Of a DNA stretch of 64,000 nt, positions 10,819-20,600 are shown in pieces. Position 1 is the stretch's first letter, and each line of letters opens with the position of its first letter. Under the pieces are notes generated by a model. The model worked only from the letters and a program-made list of their open reading frames with translations. It was not told the DNA's origin and ran no database searches. The DNA lies in assembly GCA_966211335.1 (NCBI GenBank), contig CBIHNF010000001.1, forward strand, positions 1,242,847 to 1,306,846, given 5' to 3'. This stretch comes from an uncultured Alphaproteobacteria bacterium (GTDB lineage: Bacteria; Pseudomonadota; Alphaproteobacteria; Micavibrionales; UBA2020). The position numbers and the translations under genes are program-made.

Positions 10819-11301
10819 ATGAACTTTGTCGAAACCCCGCAGCTGATCACCTGGCCGGAAACGCATTATGTGTTTGTCGAAAAAATCGGCCAGTTTCAGG
10901 ACACAGCCATGGCCGCCTGGCAGGAACTGCATGCCAAGCTGCCGCAGGTGAAGGTGCAGCCGAAGACTTTCCTGAGCCTCTACAACCCCGAGTTGGAGAT
11001 CTATCGTGCCGGCGCGGTGTTTGACACCAAGCCCGCCAGCCTGCCGCCGGGCCTTCAATATGAATTTTTCAAAGGCGGCAGCTACAAGCAGTTCACGCTG
11101 ACAGGCTCCTACGAGAACCTGCCGGAAGCCTGTGGCAGCGTCTTTGAATGGCTGGAGGAAAACGAGATCGAGCTGCGGGACGATTTCTGCCTCGAACATT
11201 ACACCAACGACCCGAAGACAACGCCTGAAGAGGCGCTGGTGACCAATATCCTTATGCCGGTCAAAAATATTCCGGCCAGCGCCAAACCGTTCAAAGCATA
11301 G
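10819..11301 (+). CDS. GyrI-like / effector-binding domain protein
   Basis: 160 aa. Typical ending ...EHYTNDPKTTPEEALVTNILMPVK and an internal two-repeat layout. AGAGGAG at 10804-10810 lies 8 nt before the ATG. Confidence 0.55.
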   Translation: MNFVETPQLITWPETHYVFVEKIGQFQDTAMAAWQELHAKLPQVKVQPKTFLSLYNPELEIYRAGAVFDTKPASLPPGLQYEFFKGGSYKQFTLTGSYENLPEACGSVFEWLEENEIELRDDFCLEHYTNDPKTTPEEALVTNILMPVKNIPASAKPFKA

Positions 11302-11309
11302 GTGCCATC

Positions 11310-12389
11310 ATGACCCAGCCGCAACCCAAACCCGGTATTCTCGATATTAAACCGTATATCGGCGGCGAGGGGCGCATGGAAGGGATTGCGCATCCGGTGC
11401 GGCTCGCCTCCAACGAAAACGCGCTCGGCTGCAGCCCGAAGGCGATGGCGGCGTATCAGAAGGCGGGTGCGGATTTGCAGCGCTACCCGGATGGCGCGGC
11501 AGCTGATCTCCGCGCGGCGATTGGCGCTAAATACAATATGGCGCCGGAAAAAATTATCTGCGGTTCGGGCTCGGAAGAGCTTATCTCGCTCCTGGTGCGC
11601 GCCTATGCGGGCGTGGGGGATGAAGTGCTCTACAGCCAGTACGGCTTCCTCATGTATCCGCTCTGCGCCAAAGCCATGGGCGCAACGCCTGTTGCCGCGC
11701 CGGAAGTGAACTTCCGCACCGATGTCGAAGCGCTGCTGAAGGCGGTCACGCCAAAGACGAAGATGCTGCTGCTGGCAAACCCCAACAATCCGACCGGCAG
11801 CTACCTCAACCGCGACGAGATGAAATACCTCTGCGAGAAACTGCCATCGAACGTACTGCTGCTGCTCGACAGCGCCTATGCCGAATTCGTGCAGGAAAAA
11901 GACTACGATGACGGCCGCAGTCTGGTCGATGCGCATCCCAATGCCGTTATGCTGCGCACGTTCTCGAAAATTTACGGGCTTGCCGCGCTGCGCCTTGGCT
12001 GGGGCTATTGCTCCCCCGATGTCGCCGGCGTCGTCAACCGCGTACGCGGCGCCTTCAATGTCAACGCCCCGGCGCAGGCGGCTGGCATTGCCGCGCTGTC
12101 GGACATTGATTTCCTGCAACGCACGATTGAGATGACGGCAACGGGACGGAAGTACCTCTTCGAGCAGCTTGGCACTTTGGGCGTGAAAACATGGCCTTCC
12201 GTCGGCAATTTCATTCTCTGCGAATTTGGGGAGAAGTCGGAGCAAATACGACTTGGCCTCAAAGACAAGGGGGTTTTCATCCGCCAGATGGGGGCGTATA
12301 ATCTGCCTCACCACCTGCGCATCACTGTGGGCACGGCAGACGATAACGCGCGCCTTATCGACCAGCTGAAACTGGTTTTGAAACAGTAA
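11310..12389 (+). CDS. hisC: Histidinol-phosphate aminotransferase
   Basis: 359 aa. PLP-lysine motif FSKIYGLAALRLGW, plus NPNNPTG. Confidence 0.9.
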   Translation: MTQPQPKPGILDIKPYIGGEGRMEGIAHPVRLASNENALGCSPKAMAAYQKAGADLQRYPDGAAADLRAAIGAKYNMAPEKIICGSGSEELISLLVRAYAGVGDEVLYSQYGFLMYPLCAKAMGATPVAAPEVNFRTDVEALLKAVTPKTKMLLLANPNNPTGSYLNRDEMKYLCEKLPSNVLLLLDSAYAEFVQEKDYDDGRSLVDAHPNAVMLRTFSKIYGLAALRLGWGYCSPDVAGVVNRVRGAFNVNAPAQAAGIAALSDIDFLQRTIEMTATGRKYLFEQLGTLGVKTWPSVGNFILCEFGEKSEQIRLGLKDKGVFIRQMGAYNLPHHLRITVGTADDNARLIDQLKLVLKQ

Positions 12390-12406
12390 CGACCGGGAGT
12401 TTTTAA

Positions 12407-13246
12407 ATGTCTTCCAAGTCTTCCTTCCAGAAATCCATCATCATCGCAGCCCTTGCCGCGCTGGTTGTCGGCGGCGGCATTGCCGTCGTCTACAAGAAGA
12501 AGCACGACGCGGTCGTTGAAAAGCACGAACAGCAGGTGATGGCGGTGCAAAGCGGCAAGGAAGTCATCATCGGCGTCGACCATGAAGGCGAGCCCGTTAC
12601 CGCACCCGCATCTCTCCCCCGCGCGCGGACGGAGGCGCGCCCTGTCAACGTGATCGGCACCTATACCGGCGCCGCACCCGTCACGCGCGAGAATTACATT
12701 TCCTCCGGCACGACGCAGATGCTGACCGGCAACCTGCGCCTGTTGCAGCAAAGCATTACCGCCGCGTTGCAGACGAAGCAGATCACGCTGGCGGACCTTG
12801 AAAAGCTCTCCTTCGGCGGCGTCGATCCCAAAGTTGACCCCAACTTCGCCGTGTTCAACCCGCAAGGCAAAATCCGCTTCAAGCCCATGATCAACCAGTG
12901 GATCGACCAGAAGCTGCGCGACCAGCTGACGACGCAAGCCGGCATGCCGCTGATCTTCAACCTCCGCCGCTTGACGGATGCCAGCCGCACGACGACCGAT
13001 ATCCTCTATGCGATTTTGCCGAACCCGGTGCCGCAGGTCTGCATCGATACCAAGCAGGTGCTGGCCGTCAACGCCGCCTTCAAGCTGGAAGTGGATAACC
13101 AGACTATTGTGACGGACGACCCGGGCGTGATGCCGGTTTTGAGATCGCCGGCCTGCCTGCAGACGCCGGACAAAAAGGTGTTCATGTTCTACCCGTTGCG
13201 CGCGCGCGTCTGGCGCGCCGGCGGCCGTCAGTGGGGTAGCTTTTAA
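12407..13246 (+). CDS. Hypothetical N-terminally anchored protein
   Basis: 279 aa. GGGAG SD lies 7 nt upstream. One TM helix (IIIAALAALVVGGGIAVV). I recognise no motif. The antisense ORF 12308-12937 has typical shadow composition. Confidence 0.6.
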   Translation: MSSKSSFQKSIIIAALAALVVGGGIAVVYKKKHDAVVEKHEQQVMAVQSGKEVIIGVDHEGEPVTAPASLPRARTEARPVNVIGTYTGAAPVTRENYISSGTTQMLTGNLRLLQQSITAALQTKQITLADLEKLSFGGVDPKVDPNFAVFNPQGKIRFKPMINQWIDQKLRDQLTTQAGMPLIFNLRRLTDASRTTTDILYAILPNPVPQVCIDTKQVLAVNAAFKLEVDNQTIVTDDPGVMPVLRSPACLQTPDKKVFMFYPLRARVWRAGGRQWGSF

Positions 13247-13996
13247 TCAGCTCATGCTGCCGAGGGCAGGGCCGCCGGCGGCGACCACCAGACGGTCGCT
13301 TTCGGCTTCAAGGCTCTGCTCCACCTGCGCGATGACTTTCAGCGGCGGCTGCCCCGCCGGAATCGCGGGCATGAATTCAAACACGACAACCCCCGGCTTT
13401 TTAAAGAAGGCATTGCGGCCCCAAAAGACGCCGGTGTTGAGCGCCAGCGGCACGATAGGCACGCCAAGGTCCTTATAAATTTTCGCGATGCCGGACTTAT
13501 ACGGCTTCACCGCACCGGGCTTTACGCGCGTCCCTTGCGGGAAGATGGCGATGGAGCGGCCGTTTGCGAGAGCATTTTTACAGCCCGCCGTCATGGCGCG
13601 CATCGACTCCATACCGTCGCCACGGTTGATGGCGACAAGACCCATGGCCTTCGGGTAAAAGCCCCAGATCGGCAGGCGAGTGAGTTCCTTCTTGAGAATG
13701 ATAACGGGGTAGCGGAATTCCTTCGTGAAGGGGATCAGCAGCGTTTCCATGGCCGACTGGTGCTTGGCGGCGATGATATAGGGCGTGTCCGTCGGCAGGT
13801 TTTCAAGGCCGCGGAATTCGAACTTCAGTCCCATGACATGCCGCATGATCCAGCGCATGTAGCCGCCATAGAAATGGCTGATGACTTCCGTGCATTTATT
13901 CGGCGGCAGGGCGAGCGCCCAGAGCAACGCAATGCTCCAGAACAGGGAGCCGAAGACGTACAGAATATTGAAGAGGATGGAGCGCAGGGCGTTCAT
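13247..13996 (-). CDS. plsC: 1-acyl-sn-glycerol-3-phosphate acyltransferase family (PlsC-like)
   Basis: Acyltransferase blocks AAKHQSAMET and IFPQGTR. The start at 13996 (MNALRSILFN...) is preferred over the track start at 14092, which would overlap the upstream gene. Confidence 0.8.
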   Translation of the reverse strand: MNALRSILFNILYVFGSLFWSIALLWALALPPNKCTEVISHFYGGYMRWIMRHVMGLKFEFRGLENLPTDTPYIIAAKHQSAMETLLIPFTKEFRYPVIILKKELTRLPIWGFYPKAMGLVAINRGDGMESMRAMTAGCKNALANGRSIAIFPQGTRVKPGAVKPYKSGIAKIYKDLGVPIVPLALNTGVFWGRNAFFKKPGVVVFEFMPAIPAGQPPLKVIAQVEQSLEAESDRLVVAAGGPALGSMS

Positions 13997-14007
13997 GTTT
14001 AACCTTC

Positions 14008-14598
14008 TTATGAGAGCGCGGCCCAGACGACCGTGACGAGGTATTTTGTGTATTCCCGCAAAATCACGCCGCGGAAAGCGGAATCGCGCCACCAGTTGTT
14101 CATCTCGACGCCTTCCGGCTTTACCGGCCAGGGCGTGATGTTGAGGTCGGGTGATAACGTGTGAAAGTCCAGCAGCGCGCGGCGCATGTGGTAATTGGCC
14201 GTGACAAGGAAGAGGGAGGTGTAGCCTTCCTTCCGCAGCCAGGCGATGGTTTCCTTGGCATTGCCTATCGTATCATCCGCCTCGAAGCCCAGCACGACGC
14301 AGCAGTCGAGGTCGGATTCATCTTCCTTCTTCCATTGGTCGAAAAGTTCCCGCACCTCGACGCCGCGGGCGACGCCGGAAATAAACAGCTTCTTGCCCAT
14401 GCCATTGTCCAAGAGGTCGAAGCCGGTTTTCAGGCGGTTGGTGCCGCCCGTCAGCACGACAATGGCTTCGGCCGGCTTGGCGTTTGGCGGCGCGATATCG
14501 ATGATGCTGCGCGTGAACCAGTGCAGCCCGCCCAGCCAAAGCGCCGCGAGCAGGACAAACAGGAGCCACAGGCGGGCAGGTTTGCTAAGGGTTTGCAT
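14008..14598 (-). CDS. DUF218 (YdcF/ElyC) family protein
   Basis: 196 aa. N-terminal TM segment, then AIVVLTGGTNR...LFISG, typical of DUF218. Confidence 0.7.
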   Translation of the reverse strand: MQTLSKPARLWLLFVLLAALWLGGLHWFTRSIIDIAPPNAKPAEAIVVLTGGTNRLKTGFDLLDNGMGKKLFISGVARGVEVRELFDQWKKEDESDLDCCVVLGFEADDTIGNAKETIAWLRKEGYTSLFLVTANYHMRRALLDFHTLSPDLNITPWPVKPEGVEMNNWWRDSAFRGVILREYTKYLVTVVWAALS

Positions 14599-14607
14599 GA
14601 TATCTGC

Positions 14608-15537
14608 TTAAGGCAGCCTTGCCAGTTCGCGCATCACCGTGCGCTGCGCCGTAAAATGCGCGATTAGCGATCCTGCAAACACGGGGGCAATGACAATGCC
14701 GGCCCAGTACAGCGGCATGATGCGGATATGGGGGAAGATGGCGGTGTCAATCGTATGCGTCATATAGCTGATGCCGGCGATGGTCAGCACCATGCAGATC
14801 ACGCCCAAGGTTGCGCCCTTCAGCGAACCCTTCAGCGTGTGGTGGCGGAACTGCCGGGCGATATATTCATCCGACGCGCCAACAAGATGCAGCGTTTCCA
14901 CTTCCTGCGCATGAATGGCCAGCTTCGCACGCACGATGCCGGAGATGGAGGCGGAGGTGAGAAGAATAATAACGCCCGTCAACAACAGCACAAACAGTCG
15001 CGCGGTCGCAATCAGCGTGCGTACATCATCCAGCGTGTCGGTATGGCTATCGATGACTGCGGCGGGGGCAAGGGCCTTGATATCCGTTTCCAGCTTGGCG
15101 ACATCGGCATTCGGCGCCAGCTTGATGTCGATAATGGCGGGGAGGGGTAGGTCTTTCGGCATGTCATCGCCAAGCCAGGGCCTGATGAGGGCGGAAATTT
15201 CTTCGCGTGACAAGGCGGTGCCTTCTTTCACCGCAGGGTGTTGCTTGGTCAGCGCCAGCACTTTCTTAACGCTTTCTTCAAACGTTTTTTGCGAGGCGGC
15301 GGCGGCTTTTTGATCCTGTTCGAACGGCGGGCGGATTTCGACAGTCAGGCTGCCGGAAAGGCCTGTTACCCAGTTTTGCGTGACGGTATTGAGCCCAAGA
15401 TTGACCGCGAGCGACAGCGTCACGAAGAAGACGAGAAGACCGGTCACCCAGGAAACAAGCTGTGCACCCGCGCCGTCATCAAGCCCGATGTCGTAGCGGT
15501 ATTTCGGCGGCAGGACTTTTTTAGCTTCCGTTGTCAT
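14608..15537 (-). CDS. ftsX: Cell-division ABC transporter permease FtsX
   Basis: 309 aa. One TM segment, a periplasmic loop and three C-terminal TM segments. It starts 1 nt after the ftsE stop. Confidence 0.85.
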   Translation of the reverse strand: MTTEAKKVLPPKYRYDIGLDDGAGAQLVSWVTGLLVFFVTLSLAVNLGLNTVTQNWVTGLSGSLTVEIRPPFEQDQKAAAASQKTFEESVKKVLALTKQHPAVKEGTALSREEISALIRPWLGDDMPKDLPLPAIIDIKLAPNADVAKLETDIKALAPAAVIDSHTDTLDDVRTLIATARLFVLLLTGVIILLTSASISGIVRAKLAIHAQEVETLHLVGASDEYIARQFRHHTLKGSLKGATLGVICMVLTIAGISYMTHTIDTAIFPHIRIMPLYWAGIVIAPVFAGSLIAHFTAQRTVMRELARLP

Positions 15538-15538
15538 G

Positions 15539-16225
15539 TCAGGCCGCCTTCGCTTTCTTGGAGGGCAGCACCGCGAGGGTGCCGTTATCCAGCTTCAGTT
15601 GCGGATGGTCGAAATGGTTGACGATCTCGGCATCATGCGTTGCGATGAGGACTGTGGTGCCGTGGCGGTGCAGTTCCTCGAAAAGGTACAATATCCGAGT
15701 GCCGATTTCATGGTCGATGTTGCCGGTCGGTTCATCCGCCACCAACAGTTTCGGGCGGTTGATGACGGCTCTGGCAATCGCGATGCGCTGCTGTTCGCCG
15801 CCGGAAAGCGTCGGCGGGCGTTTTTCCATTTTGTCGCCAAGACCGACCCAGCCGAGCAGTTCCGTCACGTTCTTTCGGATGTCTTTGTCCGACGCGCCGG
15901 CGGTGCGGAGCGGCAGGGCGACGTTGTCGAAGGCGGAAAGGTGGGAGAGCAGGCGGAAATCCTGGAAGACGATGCCGATCTGCCGGCGCACTTCCGGCAT
16001 CTCCTTGCGCGGCAGTGTCGCAAGATCCTTGCCGAACATGTTGATGAGCCCGCGCGTCGGCTTCTGGCCGAGGTAGAGGAGTTTGAGGAGCGAGGTCTTG
16101 CCCGCGCCGGATGCGCCCGTGAGGAAGTGGAACGAGCCCTTCTCCAGCTCGAACGACAGGTCGTGCAATACTTCTGGTCCGGTGGAGTAGCGGAGGCCGA
16201 CGTTCGAGAATGTTACCAATGCCAT
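15539..16225 (-). CDS. ftsE: Cell-division ABC transporter ATPase FtsE
   Basis: Walker A GASGAGKTS, signature LSGGEQQR, Walker B LLVADEPT. The start at 16225 (MALVTFSNVGLRY) matches the FtsE N-terminus. Alternatives are 16270 and 16363. Confidence 0.9.
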   Translation of the reverse strand: MALVTFSNVGLRYSTGPEVLHDLSFELEKGSFHFLTGASGAGKTSLLKLLYLGQKPTRGLINMFGKDLATLPRKEMPEVRRQIGIVFQDFRLLSHLSAFDNVALPLRTAGASDKDIRKNVTELLGWVGLGDKMEKRPPTLSGGEQQRIAIARAVINRPKLLVADEPTGNIDHEIGTRILYLFEELHRHGTTVLIATHDAEIVNHFDHPQLKLDNGTLAVLPSKKAKAA

Positions 16226-16395
16226 TTGCGCTGACCGGTTTGGAGGGGCGGAAGTCACGTTCTTAGACATAACGTGACGGTTTCGCGGCATCCATATCTG
16301 TTCATTTATTAATGATTTATATGCTATTCTGAAATCAATGTATATGCCACTTTTATTTGGCATTATGTTGTTGAAAAACAGGAATTAAAGCCGCT

Positions 16396-17232
16396 ATGCA
16401 GCTGACCTGCGCCGACTGCCAGACGACCTACCGGCTGAACCCGCGCCTGCTGGGCGACAAGGGACGTATCGTGCGCTGCGCGCAGTGCAATAATACCTGG
16501 CGGCAAAAGCCCCTCAGCCCCGAAGAAATCGAGAACGACCCGGATGCCGCGCCGCTGCCGGACCCCGCAGACAATGTCTTCATGGTCGAGGATGTGCAGT
16601 CGCCGGAGAAGCCGATCAGCGACGAATGGAACGTCGAAGAGCCGGAAGTTGCGGAGGTTGAGGAGCCGATCAGTTTCAAGCCGCTTGTGAAGGGCCAGTT
16701 CTTCACCGAAGATGGCGTCGAAATTCCGCAAGGGCTGAAACCCGGCGCGCGGCCGGATTTCGCCATCCCCGTTATGACGCACCGCCCCTTCGGCATGGAA
16801 GCTGGGCAGTTCGGCATGGCGACATTCCTGCTGCTGACCTTCGCGACGCTGGTGATTGTTTTTGCCGCTAAGCACCCAATTCTACGCGCAGCTCCTGTCA
16901 TGGCGTCCTTCTATCGGGCCATCGGCTTTACTGTGACCGCGCCGGGGGAGGGCTTTACCCTTGCCGATATGACCGCTGAAAACCGCATCGACGGCCTCAA
17001 GCACAGCATTGTGCTGAACGCCAAGCTTGCCAACATTACAGCCGATGAAATGGCCTATCCCGCCATGGGCATCGAGGTGCGGGGCGCATATGGCGCGGTG
17101 CTGCGCAGCTGGGATTTCGCGCCGAATGCCGATAAAAAAATCGCCGGCGGTGAAACCATTCCCGTGATGCTTCAGTTTGACGATGCGCCGGACGACGGCA
17201 AGACCGTCGCCCTCAGCGTCATCGATAAGTAA
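16396..17232 (+). CDS. MJ0042-type zinc-ribbon protein with a TM segment and a DUF3426-like C-terminal domain
   Basis: N-terminus MQLTCADCQTTYRL...RCAQCNNTW has two CxxC pairs. An acidic linker and one TM helix follow. Confidence 0.7.
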   Translation: MQLTCADCQTTYRLNPRLLGDKGRIVRCAQCNNTWRQKPLSPEEIENDPDAAPLPDPADNVFMVEDVQSPEKPISDEWNVEEPEVAEVEEPISFKPLVKGQFFTEDGVEIPQGLKPGARPDFAIPVMTHRPFGMEAGQFGMATFLLLTFATLVIVFAAKHPILRAAPVMASFYRAIGFTVTAPGEGFTLADMTAENRIDGLKHSIVLNAKLANITADEMAYPAMGIEVRGAYGAVLRSWDFAPNADKKIAGGETIPVMLQFDDAPDDGKTVALSVIDK

Positions 17233-17248
17233 TTTAAAGGAAACGCAT

Positions 17249-17638
17249 ATGACAGCCTCCGGAAAAGACGACGCGGACGAACCGAAATGGGTCTTGGTGG
17301 CGGATGACGAACCTTCCGTCCGCCAGTTCGTCGAACGCGCGCTGAATTACGCAGGCTATGCCGTGACCGTGGTGCCGGACGGCAACGCGGCGCTGGAGGC
17401 CATCGCCAAGCGCAAATATGACCTGCTGCTGACCGACATCGTGATGCCGGACCTCGATGGCATCGCCCTCGCGCTGAAAGTCGCGAAGGATTACCCCGAT
17501 ACCAAAATTCTGATGATGTCCGGCTATGCCAACCAGCGGCAGCGCGCCCATAACCTTGATTTCCTCGCGCATGAGGTCATCAGCAAGCCTTTCTCGCTGG
17601 AAGAAATTACCAAGCGCATCGGCGCGGCGCTAGCCTAA
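17249..17638 (+). CDS. cpdR: Single-domain response regulator, CpdR-like
   Basis: 129 aa, receiver domain only. DLLLTDIVMPDLDGIALA and SKPFSL closely match my memory of Caulobacter CpdR. AAAGGA SD precedes the ATG at 17249. Confidence 0.7.
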   Translation: MTASGKDDADEPKWVLVADDEPSVRQFVERALNYAGYAVTVVPDGNAALEAIAKRKYDLLLTDIVMPDLDGIALALKVAKDYPDTKILMMSGYANQRQRAHNLDFLAHEVISKPFSLEEITKRIGAALA

Positions 17639-17645
17639 TCTAAAA

Positions 17646-20600
17646 TCAATTGAACTGGTCGAGGAGGCGGTCGATGTATTCGCGCTCTTCTTTCGGGCGT
17701 GAGAAATCGTTGGAGCGGCTGCGAAGTTCCTCGATAATTTCCTGCACGCGCCGGCGTTCTTTTTCGTCAGGGATTTTGACGTAGTCGCTGCCGGGCTTGC
17801 CGCGACCGTTGGGTTTTCCCTGTCCGCGGCCGAGAGGGTCATAGCCTTCACCAAAGCCCTTATCTGCGCCCTCCGGCATAAAGCCGAAGTTCAGCATCGT
17901 CGCCGACAGGCTGTCTGCCATGGCCTTGACCGATTTATCCATGCCCTGCTGCAGCTGGTCGAGCGCTTCGCGCTGCATCGGCACCGCATTTTTCAGGTCG
18001 TTGCCGTTCAGGTTGTTGACGGCGCCTTTCATGGCTTGGTCTGATTTGGCAAAGTTATCGGGAAGCTGGGGCATGCCTTCGCCCATCTTGCGCATGATAT
18101 CGCCGAGCTTGTCGCGAATGCCGCCCTGTTCCGCCGCGCTGTCTTTCGGCGAGCGGATCGGCGGCATGGCGGGTTCGGGCTTGCCGTCACCGCCCTGCGC
18201 CTGCTGCTTTTGCGGGTTCTGGCCGTAGTCGTTGTTTTTGTGCAGGGACTGTTGCTGCGCCTGCGCGTCATTGGGTGTCGGGTCCGGCATGCCGCCATTG
18301 CCGCCCGGAATCTTCATCGCGTTTTGCGGCGGCTGGTTGCCGCTCTCACCCGGAATGGGCACGGGCATGTTCTGCTGGCCTTTGCCGCTACCCTGACCCG
18401 GTTGCAATTGCGGCCGGCCTTGGCTCATGCCGCTGCCTTGTCCTTGCTGGCTGTCACCCTGCTGGCCGCCCGGCGTCTGGCCAGGCTGCTGCCCTTGGCT
18501 TTGGCCGGATTGCTGACCGTTCGGCACCTGCTGCTGTCCGCTGTTGCCCTGCTGCCCGCCGGCTTGCTGGCCTTGTTGCTTTTGTCCCTGCTGGTCACCC
18601 TGTTTGCCGTCATCGCTGCCGGGCTGGGGTTGCTGGTCCTGCTGTTGACCTTGTTGCTGGCCTTTATCGCCCTGATCGCCCTTGTCGCCGCCCTGCTGCT
18701 GCTGTTCCTGCTTCTGGCCGCCTTGGTCGCCGCTGTCTTTTTTATCGTCCTTCTGCTCGCCGGACTGCTTGTCGTCTTTTTTCTGGTCGTTTTTTTTGTC
18801 GTCCTGCTTCTTCTCATCCTGCTTTTTATCGTCAGACTTCTTCTCGTCTTGTTTTTTCTCGTCGGGCTTTTTTTCCTCGGGCTTCTTGTCTTCCGGTTTT
18901 TGCGCGTTTTCGTCCGGCAGCTGCTGGTCTTTCGGCTGCAGCTTGTTGGTCTTGTCGTTCAGCTGCTGCTGGCGCTGGATAAGTTTTTGCAGGTCTTCTA
19001 GCGCCTGCATGGATTCCTTCTGCCCCTTCTGCATCTGGTCCATCTTGCGCATGTCCATGTTGTCGATGGAATTTTTCATGTACTCGGCCATGCGTTCCAT
19101 CTGCTCGCGCTCGGAGCCCTGGTCCATGGCCTGCAGCTGGTCCATCAGCTTCTGCATATCGACCTGCTGCATGATCTTATTGGCAAGCTCCGGCGACATC
19201 TGGGGCTGGTTCTTGCCCTCCATCATGCGCTGCTGCATTTCATTGGCGAGGTTTTTGACGTATTCTCGCATCTTCTGGTTGACGTTATCGCGCAGCTGCT
19301 GGAGCTGTTCCTTGCTCGTCGTCTTGTCCTTCAGGCCGTCGGAAAGTTTCTGCAGGGCATCCGACAGTTCACGGCCAGCGAGAGACACGCCGCCGTCTTC
19401 GACGCGTACGGCCAAATCCCAGAGGAAGGGGATAAGCGAGGCGACGGCTTCAGTCTTCCCGTCGTAAACAAGACGCTTCACGGCAACATCGAGGCCGAGG
19501 AAGGTGATGCGATCCCATTTATAATTGTCCGGGTGGCTGGCAATATCCGCAAGCTCTGTAATCACCAGTTTCTGCGTTACTTTGTCGCTATACCAGATCA
19601 GCTTTTTGCGCGCGGCAATGATGCGCTGCGCGACCGGGTTGGTAAAGGCGCGCTCCGGTAGCACAATCTGTTTCACTTCCGAAACCGATTCATGGCCTGC
19701 GTCATCGCTGGCGGTCAGCGTCAGCAGTACAGGCGACCCTGCCCAGGGATGGGAAGTGAGGTCGGTCGTGTAGTCCATTTCCTTGTCGGGGCTATCCGGC
19801 ACTGGCACGTCAAAATCGACAGTTTTGGTGCCAAAAACTTTCAGCAGCTCCGGCGTGGGCGCGATCGTGCCGCTGACGGACTTGATACGGTAATCGTCCT
19901 TCGCCATGTAGGTGATTTTAAGCTTGCTGCGTTTTGTGGTTTCCGTCTTTAAAACGACAATGCCGGGGGCGAGGTCGTTGGTGACCGTGACGGGCCAGTT
20001 GCCCAACTGGCGGAAGTACCATTGCGTAATCTTTAGTTCGCCGGATTTGGTAATCGGCATTTCAAGGGTGAAGTTCTTCGGCTGGCTTTGGGTGAAGGCA
20101 TGCTCCACGCCGTCATAGACCAGTTTCGGCGGGCGGCTGTAGCCGGCAAGGCGCACTTTCAGAATGCTATTTTCCGGCACGGTGATCGCGCCTTTTTCAG
20201 GGGTGGCGCCCAGCTGGGTCGTTGCGAGGAAAACAGGGTTCTGGTGCGTGTAGTCCGGCGGCGTGATCCAGGCGTCCAGCGCGACGGGGCCAAGCGTAAA
20301 CCATGACTTCACATCCGGCGTCAGCGCTTGATGAATGCGGAAGGGCGCCTCATGGCGCGCGACGCCAAGGCCGATGAAGAGCAGGGCGAGCGTCGCAAAG
20401 CGGATGTAATAGGGGTCGCGCGCGCCGACATTCGGGCGCGGGCGGGAAATTTTCAAGCGGATGCCAAGTTTACGCAGACGTTCCTGATAGCGGTTCCACA
20501 ACTGCATGGTTTCAACGCTTTGGCCTTTAACGGGTGTATCTTTCATCGCCTCCAGCGGGCGGTGGCGAAGGTCGCTTTCTTTTTCAATCGCGCGGCGCAC

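Noticed and set aside
18321-18905. Short tandem DNA repeats that could be mistaken for a CRISPR or satellite array
   Set aside because: The units are 15 nt, imperfect, contiguous without spacers, and in frame within a coding sequence. There are no cas genes.
18210-19467. Leu/Cys/Ser-rich plus-strand ORFs (263, 235 and 261 aa) that look like multi-TM proteins
   Set aside because: They are reverse-complement readings of the K/D/E/Q/G low-complexity tract of the TIGR02302 gene. Poly-Leu and poly-Phe arise trivially from GAA/AAG/CAG repeats.
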